Positions 12,490 through 23,947 of a DNA stretch of 60,087 bases are shown in pieces. Every line of letters begins with the position of its first letter. Position 1 is the first letter of the stretch. The stretch is from Nemertoderma westbladi (Eukaryota > Animalia > Xenacoelomorpha). Location of the stretch: contig JAUCBJ010002207.1 of the NCBI GenBank assembly GCA_032718475.1, positions 1-60,087 on the forward strand, in the 5' to 3' direction. Made by a program: the position numbers and the translations under genes. The notes beneath the pieces are model-generated. The model was not told the DNA's origin. It did not search any database and was given only the letters and a program-made list of their open reading frames with translations.

Positions 12490-14060
12490 AAGGATCGGTA
12501 TGTATAGGCTGAGTAACGTAAGGTTCATGCAGCAGGGTTGCTGCAATAGTAGGATCGGGTTGAGTACATTCCGTAATGTAATGTTCATCACGACGCAGAT
12601 GTGCTGCAATAGATGGACCGGCCCGTATAGGCTCCGTAACGTAAGGGTCACGCTGCAGGGTTGCTGCAATAGTAGGATCGGGTTGAGTACATTCCGTAAT
12701 GTAATGTTCATCACGACGCAGATGTGCTGCAATAGGTGGACCGGCCCGTATAGGCTCCGTAACGAAATGGTCACGCTGCAGGGTTGCTGCAATAATAGGA
12801 TCGGGTTGAGTACATTCCGTAATGTAATGTTCATCACGACGCAGATGTGCTGCAATAGGTGGACCGACCCGTATAGGCTCTGTAACGTAAGGGTCACGCT
12901 GCAGGGTTGCTGCAATAATAGGATCGGGTTGAGTACATTCCGTAATGTAATGTTCATCACGACGCAGATGTGCTGCAATAGGTGGACCGGCCCGTATAGG
13001 CTCCGTAACAAAATGGTCACGCTGCAGGGTTGCTGCAATAATAGGATCGGGTTGAGTACATTCCGTAATGTAATGTTCATCACGACGCAGATGTGCTGCA
13101 ATAGGTGGACCGACCCGTATAGGCTCTGTAACGTAAGGGTCACGCTGCAGGGTTGCTGCAATAATAGGATCGGGTTGAGTATATTCCGTAATGTAATGTT
13201 CATCACGACGCAGATGTGCTGCAATAGGTTGACCGGCCCGTATAGGCTCCGTAACGTAAGGGTCACGCTGCAGGGTTGCTGCAATAGTAGGATCGGGTTG
13301 AGTACATTCCGTAATGTAATGTTCATAACGACGCAGATGTGCTGCAATAGGTGGACCGACCCGTATAGGCTCTGTAACGTAAGGGTCACGCTGCAGGGTT
13401 GCTGCAATAGTAGTATCGGGTTGAGTACATTCCGTAATGTAATGTTCATCACGACGCAGATGTGCTGCAATAGGTGGACCGACCCGTATAGGCTCTGTAA
13501 CGTAAGGGTCACGCTGCAGGGTTGCTGCAATAGTAGTATCGGGTTGAGTACATTCCGTAATGTAATGTTCATCACGACGCAGATGTGCTGTAATAGGTGG
13601 ACCGGCCCGTATAGGCTCCGTAACGTAAGGGTCACGCTGCAGGGTTGCTGCAATAGTAGGATCGGGTTGAGTACATTCCGTAATGTAATGTTCATCACGA
13701 CGCAGATGTGCTGCAATAGGTGGACCGGCCCGTATAGGCTCCGTAACGAAATGGTCACGCTGCAGGGTTGCTGCAATAATAGGATCGGGTTGAGTACATT
13801 CCGTAATGTAATTTTCATCACGACGCAGATGTGCTGCAATAGGTTGACCGGCCCGTATAGGCTCCGTAACGTAAGGGTCACGCTGCAGGGTTGCTGCAAT
13901 AGTAGGATCGGGTTGAGTACATTCCGTAATGTAATGTTCATCACGACGCAGATGTGCTGCAATAGGTGGACCGGCCCGTATAGGCTCCGTAACAAAATGG
14001 TCACGCTGCAGGGTTGCTGCAATAATAGGATCGGGTTGAGTACATTCCGTAATGTCATTT
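12490..14060 (-). repeat. 123-bp coding tandem repeat (~13 copies) within EnSpm ORF2 exon 4
   Basis: tgagtacattccgtaatg recurs at 12561, 12684 and onward (period 123); encodes ITECTQPDPIIAATLQRDPYVTEPIRAGPPIAAHLRRDEHY in the spliced frame. Confidence 0.95.
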
Positions 14061-14649
14061 TCATGCCGCCCATTACCAGCACTCCTAAAAAAGATAGATA
14101 GAAGAATAATAACTATTTACTATTTACATAACCGTGGGATAAGTAGCACCCTTCAGCATTATGATTCCGAGTGTATTTAAATATATTATTAATATAAATA
14201 TAATAATTTTTATTTATAGTATTACTTTTATTATTTATTATGAAAAAAATATTATACTTAATATTGTTATAAATTATTATAAATATAATAATTAAAATAT
14301 ATATATAATTAATAGTAATAAGTAGTAATAGTATATCATAAATTTATTATGTGTGTGTTATAAATTATAAACATACTGTACCTAATAGAAGAACCGAGAG
14401 GAAATTTTGGTACTTCTAAAGACCTGTCAACCTGGATATTCTGTTTCGTTCGGCTTTTTTTTGGACTTCGTCGAGCTTTTGCTACTGACAATACGCGTGC
14501 TGCGTGCAACGTATACGGTGTACTAAAACAATTACAGTATAGATAAAAAATAGACGAATCGTGGAAAATTTAGGTTTTTAATGTTAGTTTTCTTGCTGTG
14601 GTCCCATTCTGGAAACTATCTCCAAATTTTTGTTCTGAAATTTTCAAAC

Positions 14650-15107
14650 GATTTTATGGCACGCAAAATGAAAATTTGCGGCGGAGAGGTATAAATAATT
14701 TTCAAAAGTGATTAAAATAACAAAAAAATGATTTTCAAATGTTTGTTTGATTAAAAAAAAGTTTGATATGCCTATTGCAACTCGTATATATTCCATCGAA
14801 ACCAGAACCCCGTGCTGGGACCAAAATTTGTCACGTATGGAATCAATCTGAATCCAATGGAATCAATAAAAACAGCTCATCTGGACATCTCAAACTTGTA
14901 CTTTTTGGTGATGGGTACGAAATTTGGTGCTAGCACCAAAATTTGCCATATTGCGCCGAAATATAGGCCTACGTGTAGAAATGATCTGGCAAATTACCAT
15001 TAGAATCAACGCCCCAGAAAACCTATAAATGTGAATTTAAAGCATCGTATGAGTGAATTAAAAATGTTGTGTTCAAACCGAAAAGTGCTGGTTACTTGTT
15101 TTCTTCA
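14650..15107. repeat. DNA-transposon-derived dispersed repeat, related to ~49660-49910 in opposite orientation
   Basis: aatccaatggaatcaataaaaacagc...aaaagtgctggttacttgtttt matches the reverse complement of 49666-49907. Confidence 0.65.
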
Positions 15108-15397
15108 TGCTGGGCTCTAACTGCTGAGGACACCAAATCTCTGGATGGCACATTCACAAGAATGCTACGCCGGGTTCATGCCAGTGCATAACAGTGTATG
15201 GAGTGTACTTTGCCAGCTTAGCCCATGACTTTCTTGAGACACATCTTAAAGGACACTGGCCTTGAAGATGCGGATGATCTAGCAAATGTCATGGGTGATA
15301 GGGAGTTGTGGCGGCGCAATTTTTTCGACAAGCCGGCACAGCTTTCTTAAACATGCAGCTGCAATGCAGCATGCCGATCCTATTAGTAGTAGTAGTA
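15108..15397 (+). mobile_element. 3' end of an RTE-like LINE with (tag)n tail
   Basis: Translates WALTAEDTKSLDGTFTRMLRRVH; ends in tagtagtagtagtag; a related copy is on the - strand at ~49130-49270. Confidence 0.65.
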
Positions 15398-15399
15398 GG

Positions 15400-15522
15400 C
15401 TGGTTAGTCCCTTTAAAGCATTCGTGCTGAAACGAACACTGCCCTAGCACATGCGGGGATCGAACCCACGACCCTCCGTGGGATGTGAATTCAAAGCGAC
15501 CACTACACCAAGGCGGAACGGA
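15400..15522 (-). mobile_element. tRNA-derived SINE head
   Basis: Reverse strand shows an A-box-like tggtgtagtgg and a B-box ggttcgatccc. Confidence 0.55.
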
Positions 15523-16313
15523 ACCTCAAGTTTAAAATATATATTTTTCAATCTACCTTTAGGGGCTCCCTTAAAACACATTTGTTATAAGCCAGAACTA
15601 CAGTATAAATTAATTAATGTTTTCTTACATATTACGTGGAAATTTCTTCCGTTTCTTTGTCTTCCTTGATTCATCCGCTTTCCGCTCATCATCCGTAGTG
15701 ACATTGTCTGTGTTATAGTTTCTGGCTGTTACCAGGCTAGCTTCCGCCAAATCAAATGAACCTGTAAATAAATAAGTTAGTTAGTTAGTTACTTGTAAAA
15801 TTGTGTTTTACACTTCACCTTCCTACCCACACGTACTGCTAGTTGGCGTACGAGCAGTGGTTCTGGTTCTAGTAACTATGGTTGCAAAAAGTAAAAAAAG
15901 TAAATCAAAAATATTTTTTCTATTTTGTTCCGGTTCTACCCACCGAGATCAAATTTCTGAATAGTATGGCGACTGTATGAGCGATTTGTAAAACCTATCC
16001 ACAAATATACATGGGATTTTGCGCTTACCTCTTATGATGATAATAATGACATCATACAATCGCCAGTCCTTTGGGGGCGTTGACATTGGCTGCCTACGGA
16101 GCAACTCAAACTGCTTTCAATCACTCAACCCTGATCCGGAAGGAAAGGGGCATTTCATTCCGACTGTGTCGATCCATTTAACCGGTACAGACAACAGAGA
16201 ATTGTCCACCACGAAACGGACTACCGCAAACATTTCAACAACGATTAAATATATATCATATATATGAAAGGAATTTGTTTCAATCAATAAAAATACTTTA
16301 TACGCAAAATTAA

Positions 16314-18570
16314 TTACAATGAATGCAACTGCACACAAATGTTTTCTGATTTAAAAAAAATGCATTTGCGAAATATATTGCGGAATGGGTAAAAACTTAT
16401 TCTCCTTGAAAGTTTTCTGACTTTTGCTATTCCTAGCTCCAATGATGAACACGGGTATTTATACAGAGGTTCAACCTCGGTAAAGCGCCGCACCAAAACT
16501 CCACTTTCCTCATTGAGAGTATTTGCATAGAGCACAATATTCTCAATGATGGCAAAGTTCCCATCATTTAATCGAATACAATTATTTGGAGATTTCTTTG
16601 CCAGCAAAGATATGCCTTCCGTTTTGGTGTACTGGGTTACACTGGTAAATGGCACCGGGATATTTTCTAGTAGAGGTCCCTTCTCATGTAGACCTACAAG
16701 TTTGAATGGTGGATTTGTTGGAGGATTATATGCTGTAAAAGTATTCTCAGTCATTCTATTTACAATTTGAGTTAAAGGATTCTTTCCGCTGTGGATTTTA
16801 TTCTTCATAATTTGCAGATAATTCTCAAATTTGAAACATGAGAATGATTCTAAGTTACCATGACGTCTAACATCATCACATAAGTGCATTAATGAATGGA
16901 TATTATAGACAAGTGTTGACTGACCATAAATGGTAGAAAATTGTTTTACAAATATTCTGAGTAGTTTATCACAGTATTGAATTATTTCTTCGCTAATTAT
17001 TTCATCGCAATTTGAGTTTAAACCTGGGCAACATGGGGATGTTAACATGAAGAGACTGACATGAAATACGAGCATGTGGTTATGTTGAGTCTCAGTTAGA
17101 GAATGTCGCATTACTATTGGACTCAAATATAGAATAAATGTGCGAAATTCTGATGCTTTCCAGTGTCGCAGGTCAGAAAGAGGACGTGGGCGGCGATTAA
17201 ATCCTGCTGGGCCAACTGGCATATCACAACGTAAGCTGGAAAGTAATGTTGAAATCCTAAGTTGGTCCGATAAACGAATCTTTCCTCGAAGCCTTCCTGT
17301 ATCGGTTCTTTCATTGAGAGGGGCACTTCCACAGCAACAGAAGTCGTTTTGTTCCATCCAAGTAACAGAGATGCATCGGGTCATATGGGAAGTGAGTAAT
17401 AAGTCCTATAGATGGACTCAAAGAGGCAAATGGTGAAATGCCTACATGATGTTCGGGTTGTTGCTGTAAAGCAAGGGAGGCATCAGTTCGTAATGGACAT
17501 TCACAGTATGGAAATACAACCTTCCCACAGTAAATGCCCTTTGTACAACATTTCTCGCATGCATAGTATCCATTATTACCTATAATCTGTTTTAAATATG
17601 AACGCGCTGGAGTGTCAGTGGCAAATAACTTAAAACTAAATTGATATCTTGTTCCTTGTATTTCAATGAACCCAGACTTAAGCAAATTACTTAGTTCCAA
17701 TATGAAGTCATCAAGGTAGTCATTAATAGGTGTAGGTTTTATGGATCCTGAAAAAATTCCGACCGGAAGAACTGTCAATCCAGGAATATTATCAATTGCA
17801 CATAAAATGGGCCAAAACTGTATGGAGCTGCTTTGAAATAGGGGAACACCATCAATTCCAAAGATAATGTGCAAAACTTTAATAATCTGAACAACATTTA
17901 AAACACCTGGCAACTCACACGCGCGTTTGATGGTATTTTCAATACCCACATGAAAATAGAAACCGCTTGAGCCAATAGCACGAGTTGTAATTTTTGTTCT
18001 AGGGGTATTCACCAAGGTCCTGGCGTCATTGGGGAATGATTCTAATGGGCAATGTCGACGCAACACCTTTAGAATATTGTTAATCACAGAATGAGGTACA
18101 TTGTTTTCAACTGCCCATAGTTTAACATCATTTCGAAAATGTTAAGAATCGTTTAAAACAACTTGACCTTCTTCCAATAATTGTGAAACCTCACACAATT
18201 CAATTTCTTCACCAAAAAACGGAGAGACCATTGCATACTCTTCATCTAAAAACTGAGAGACTAATGGTTGTCCAATAATGCGAGATATATCTGGTTCCAA
18301 TGTTGGTTCTAAAACAGGGCTAGACTGTTCAGAAAAAGCCTCTCCCTCAATGCTGTGTTCCATTCTAGGAGGAATATGGAAGGCATTATTTGGACCTATA
18401 TTATGTACTACAGCTATCTGTTGCCGTTTGATATATTCAGTGAATATCGCATCTGCAATTTTTTCTGCTTTTCTCCTCCTCCCTCGACGTTCCGCTCTGG
18501 CTTGATTTAGAATAAGTGTGGATGATGAAATATCAGAAGACATTCTGCATTGCGTTGCAATTATTTTCAA
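16314..18570 (-). pseudogene. EnSpm/CACTA-type transposase, disabled
   Basis: Motifs FGIDGVPLFQSSSIQFWPILC, TDTPARSYLK..GYYACEKC, YDPMHLCYL, WKASEFRTFILY, VYNIHSLMHLCDDVRRHGNL, FKFENYL. In-frame TAA at 18142-18144 and a frameshift near 17330. Confidence 0.92.
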
Positions 18571-18769
18571 TTATTCTATTGAAATCCGACAATAATAAAT
18601 GGCTTACTACAATATAGGGTGCCTACGCATTTATCGTAATTACGAATATTTTTATTGATTGTACTTAATTACACCATCTCCTCCTTGATGATTAGCTCAG
18701 ATGTATTTTGAATGTTATAATAATTGACGTGTTGTGGGGTGGGGTGGGGTGACGGCGAATTAATTATAT

Positions 18770-19036
18770 AATATTAAGTTATGATAATGCCTTCCATAGC
18801 GAAACATATCAACCGTCCCTATTGGGACTTGAACCCGGTACCTAGGTTTCAAACTTCCGGTTATCATCAGCCGAAGAGTGTGTGTGTGTCGTAAGACAAC
18901 TGAGCTACCAGGACGGATGAAGCATTTTTCACCCTGATGATGATAACCGAAAGTTTGAAACCTAGGTACCGGGTTCGAGTCCCAATAGGGACGGTTGATA
19001 TTTTTCGCTACGGAGACCATTAGCATAACATAATAT
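18770..19036. repeat. Inverted pair of tRNA-derived sequences carrying hammerhead-like cores
   Basis: ~100-bp arms (18770-18870 and 18933-19036); B boxes ggttcaagtccc and ggttcgagtccc; A box gtagctcagttg on - at 18897-18908; CTGATGA..GAAA-CCTAGG-TA in each arm. Confidence 0.7.
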
Positions 19037-19808
19037 ATGTTTTGAATGTTGCATGTTTGTGCTGGCTCGAGGTTACTTTATTTTTATTATATTTACTGTT
19101 ACAAATCTGTGCAACCAGTTTCAAATCTGAGAACCCAGGGAACGGTCATACAGTATCTCAGCTATTCCTCAACGAATAGTTACAGATTTTGGAACTATCA
19201 AACTACAGTACTATTAAGTTTGGAGAATAACTGCAGTGCGACTGTTGCTTGTACTGTACAGTGTACAATATCGATGGAGACACTTTTATCAGATAAATGG
19301 TTGTGGCAAAAGATTGAAAGCTAAAATTAAATTTCTGACTCATAAATGAAGAGGTCGGGAGGTCCAACAATATCCGTTTTAAATTTCATGCTATCTCATT
19401 AAGATTTGTAGAATTTGGGTGGGGGATTGGGGGTGGGTGTACTCTCTATCATCGAAATAAGACGCTATATTCCCGGAGATGGTGTAAAGAGGTATCGAAT
19501 AGATTTGGATATATTTTTTATTTTCTAAACATTTTCGGTCAAGATTTGGTTCGGACAACAGGGACGGATTATGGATTCTCAGGACCCTGACAGTCTTTTT
19601 CACTTTTCCTACCACTACACCATACAAATTACTGTAGTACATAGATATGACTGAAATACTTTCACTGGGCATACAGTAGGCCTGTATGTACTGTACGCGT
19701 AGGGCCTACTAGGAAATAATTACGCTAGGATTAAATTTGGGAGAATATACAACACACCAATGCACGCCAGGAAAATACCGTAAATACAGTACTTAAGATA
19801 TTATTACA

Positions 19809-20080
19809 TTGTAAGAATTTTGGGGGAAGGCCTTCATTGCACGGCAGGTGCACATTCACCACCAATCGCTGGCAACCCGTGTCAGCTAGCTATACAGCAT
19901 GAAACCAATATAATCAATAAATCGTATTCACCCTCTATTGATTGTCTAGCTTGCAACAGAGATGTCTGTGGAAGCTTTGTATTGTAAATGTAAGAATTTG
20001 TGGGAAGCCCCTGCATTGCACAGCACATGTGCACATTCACCACCAATCGCTGGCTACCCCAGGCAGCTAGCTATACAGTC
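19809..20080. repeat. Diverged tandem duplication (~180-bp spacing)
   Basis: tgtaagaatt..gggaag.cc..cattgcac.gca..tgcacattcaccaccaatcgctggc at ~19810 and ~19990. Confidence 0.6.
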
Positions 20081-20549
20081 ATTCAGCCAATACAATGAAT
20101 TCATATTTCCACCAAATCATATTTTCCCATGTTGTCTCGCTAGCAGCATAGCTCTCTGTGCTTGTGGTAGCCCATTGTAAATCCTATGTTACACCTAGCT
20201 TGTGCCACTAAACTGTTTACCTCATACTGTAAATCTCTCACATGTCAATCATTCACACTTAATAATACAATTTCTGGAATGAGTATTTACGACATAGCAT
20301 TGAGTCTTAACCGGTCAATGAATTGTGCTACCGGTACTGTAGTTAGTTATGAGATACAAATATTTATTGCACGGCCATGAACTAAACTATAAATCTCTCA
20401 ACGTTCACCCTCACCCCCCCCCCCCCCTCGCTATAATCCGTCCCTGTCCATACTTCATACTGTATTATGTAATACCCTACTTTTCAAAAATTCGAATGCG
20501 GGATTTGCCTATGCGGCACCCCCCCCCCCCCCCCCCCCCACAAAATATC

Positions 20550-20774
20550 GGGTGTAAACGCTACGCCGACAACCGACTACCGACAACCAACGCCGACAAC
20601 CATTATTAAGGCTAATTAATGTTATTTATTAATTGAGGGAAAGGAACAGGTTACAGTGGAAGGTTATTCTAACCAAAACAATAAACGAGAGTCACGAACT
20701 CAGGTTACATTTTCATATTTACTGTTGTCGGCAGTGGTTGTCGGCTGTCGGTTGTCGGCATAGCGTTTACACCC
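20550..20774. mobile_element. Mutator-type MITE, 225 bp
   Basis: TIRs GGGTGTAAACGCTA.GCCGACAACCGAC; perfect 9-bp TSD caaaatatc at 20541-20549 and 20775-20783. Confidence 0.9.
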
Positions 20775-22029
20775 CAAAATATCTACCATTTTAAATCTAC
20801 CGGTAGCATAAATTATACTGTACTGATAGTAGGTCTACTATCAGTCTAGATCTGTAGGTCTACAACTGTACTGTAGGTGTATGGAACCGCACCGGAAAAC
20901 ATCCATGTACTGTAAGCTACCGTCCAGGAAAACATGAACACATTTGGTTCATATGGATTTAAATTAAATTATTAAAATTAGATAGTTGTACAACTACAGT
21001 AGTTGACACTCACTGAGTAGGTGTGTTAAACAATCTGCACAGGCAAAGACTGGACAATAACGATAATGAAAACAATGGCGATACACGTGCAAAGTTCTAT
21101 CACGTTTTGTACCACAGCAGGGAGTGCCTAATAAAGATAACATTAGGATAACATTAGAATAATATTGTTATTCAAAGCCTTTGTAGTATGACTCGTCAAC
21201 ATTCGAAAAACAACGTTAGAATAACCTTTTTGTATCATTGTTATAACAATGCTATGATTCATTCCCAATGCAAATTTTTGAAAACCTAAATGCAAATGTT
21301 AAGATAATATAGTATTAACATTGGAATAACACTGCATGAGTCATGTTCAGTGCAATTGAAATTAGTCAATGAAATATTCTGATTTGAATATTTCGATAAC
21401 ATTGGAAATACATTATAATATCAATAGTATGGAATATAGTATTAGAATATCATTCAAAACATGTTGCGATTAAAAGTGTTAAATAAAAAACATTGCTGTT
21501 CCAATGTATTCTGAATGTCATTTCAATATCTGAATTTTAATATTAGTATTTAAATATTATTTTAGATTACTTCAATATTAAAATGTAAAATTTTGGGTTT
21601 TTCTCAAATAATTTGTCTCATTGTACTATTGCACAACTTTTTAGCAGCATTAAATTTCCAATACAAAATTAATCCTCGGATACTTCTGGTTTGCAGGGTA
21701 GTTTACCTTTATGGTCACCAGTGAAGTCCTTATTTTTACCATTTCAACGGGCATATTCGCTTATTTATGTAGTAGCACTTTCTATATTTAGCTTTAAATT
21801 TACATTAGAAGTAAATCATTTAAGGATTTTTTAAAAATATGTTTAGGTTCTACACATTAAGGACAATAACAACGGAGTTTTCTTTATAATTCTGTTGAAA
21901 ATTGTTGGAAATTCTCAAAATTTGCTATTATGAAATTTTCAGTATAGGGAATCATCATTTGATAGGCACCATCATTTTGCCAAATTCCCAAGTTTTTTGT
22001 AAATATTCCCAGGATACTTGTATATATAG

Positions 22030-23421
22030 TAGGGCGGTGCGTTTTTTACTTTTTTTCAATTTCATTGTTCTACCGGTGCATAAAAGTTGCCAAATGGTAA
22101 AAAAATAAGGCAAAAAAAATTTCTTTCAATTTTGTCTATAACTTCACGGATCCCAAGAGGGTTGAAATTTTAAGCCATCGCGATGCACCATAATGAAATT
22201 TATAACAATATAACCCATTGATGAAATATTAATGACTCAGTAAAGAACTTCCTGCATGCATCAAATGTGATCAAATGGGTCCAAACTTAGTTAGATACCA
22301 AAATTTTGATTTTGGGACCAAGGGAAGTAGTGCCACAGGCACATGACCAGAACATACTCTTTGTCGCAAATGACTATTTTTCTCAATTATGGACAACTTT
22401 TAGTTCTCCTACGGCATTAATATTATGCTTATTAGAACCGCAATGACCGAATTAGTGTTAGTAGACACCATCAAAACAAGCATAGAGCTAATAGTTCTTG
22501 AGATTTTGAAGAAAATGTTAAATCCGGCACAAGACAACATTACTACTTTGATGATTTGTGGACAAATACACAAAAATGTTTCTTCTAATTATCTTAAGGC
22601 ATCAAAAATATACAAATCACTGCAACAAATTGATTCAGTGTATACAGACACCTTCAAAATTAAAGAGTAGTGATTAATTCACTATCCTTTTTGTAAAAAA
22701 TGTGTGGAATGGGTCAACTCAATATCAAGTATTAATTGGTGGATATAGTCTTGACATATTGTAAAATAACTAAAGAACTAATGACCCTACTCATATTTTG
22801 AAGGTGTCTACACCCATTACAACGATCATTTTCTGTGATGTGTCTATTCTTGATTCTTTGAGATAATTCAAAATAAAATTTTTTGAGGATTTGTCCAAAT
22901 CACATCAAGGCTGTAATGTAGACTTGTGCCGGACTTTACATTTTCTGCGATATCTCAAGAACGATTCGCTCTACGTTTTTTTTGAAGGTGTCTCCCTCAC
23001 TAAATCCACTAAATCAGTCATTGCGGTTCTAATGAGCATAATATTAATGCAGTAGGAAAACTCAAAGTTGGCCATCGCGAAAATTGATAATAATCGTCAC
23101 TTGCGCCAAATGGTAGGTTCTGTCCATGTGCCTGTGGCACTAGTTCCCTTGATCCCAAAATTTAAATTGTTGGTTTCTAACTAAGTTTTGACCCATTTGA
23201 TGACATTTGATGCATGCAGGAAGTTCTTTCTTGAGGCATTGATCTTTCATCAATGTGTTATATTGTTATAAATTTCATTATGGTGCATCGCGATGGCTCA
23301 AAATTTCAACCCTCTTGGGATCAGTGAATATTTTTTTTTGCCTTATTTTTTTACCATTTGGCAACTTTTGTGCACCGGTAGAACAATGAAATCGAAAAAA
23401 AGTAAAAAACGCACCGCCCTA
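22030..23421. mobile_element. hAT-like foldback element with ~650-bp inverted arms
   Basis: Ends TAGGGCGGTGCG..CGCACCGCCCTA; arms align inward to ~22680 and ~22775; flanks atatatag and ttatatag (8-bp TSD with one mismatch). Confidence 0.85.
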
Positions 23422-23947
23422 TTATATAGGCCTACTATCTTGTTCTGTCTCGTAATTTCTCTGAACTGCACCTGTAAGTGAGTACTCGTTTCTAGTAGCA
23501 AAATCATAATTAAATAAATTAGAAATGTGTTGAATAGTAATTTTTATTTTTATTTTTAATTTTGATTTTCTTCTTCACTCTCTCTCTCTCATTCCTCCTT
23601 GATTATATTTTTTCGCCCCATTTTCCCTTCTAGGATTTTTCGCCAAACTCTATCTCTGCTTTTTCACCCCCTCTCTGATTTTTCGCCCCCTTCTTTGGTT
23701 CACTGGTGGAGGGGGCAGCAGCCCCCCCCCCCCCCCCCCGCCTCGTACACCTATGGTTATAACGGTGCGCTGGTATAGAATGCATTAAATCAAAGTATAA
23801 AATCGTTATCAAAAAATATTATATTCTCCAAGAAACTTAAAAATTAACTACTTCAAGAATACCAAGGTATCAGGGTTTAACACAGGGTTCAAATCAAATA
23901 AATATATATACTATATATATATATGTATATATATACTATATACACGA

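Larger units (their letters stand above)
10642..16233 (-). pseudogene. EnSpm second gene (DUF4806-like C-terminus), 7 exons, one premature stop
   Basis: Exons 16233-16029, 15761-15629, 14522-14382, 14084-12092, 11807-11633, 11067-10968, 10672-10642; all introns GT-AG with matching phases (1,2,2,0,1,2); total 2778 nt = 926 codons. Starts MFAVVRFVVDNSLLSVPVKWI and ends EVEKAITNYFVQVAWRAGGSKYIARKVGGAEE*. In-frame TGA at 16117-16119. Confidence 0.8.
9715..21698 (-). mobile_element. CMC/EnSpm (CACTA-type) DNA transposon, ~12 kb, with nested insertions
   Basis: TIRs CCCTGCAAACCA(T/GA)AGTA at 9715 and ending at 21698 (fits the CMCWR consensus); TA on both flanks (2-bp TSD); contains an EnSpm-type transposase and a second spliced gene. 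Confidence 0.9.

Noticed and set aside
12448-14101. 544-aa (-) and 533-aa (+) ORFs from the track as real genes
   Set aside because: Shadow frames of the 123-bp repeat; splice phases and continuity with the 12436-12092 coding segment support a different - strand frame.
15400-15522. Functional tRNA gene (also considered at ~5040, ~18970 and ~32627)
   Set aside because: Only A/B-box remnants without a complete cloverleaf; treated as SINE-like heads.
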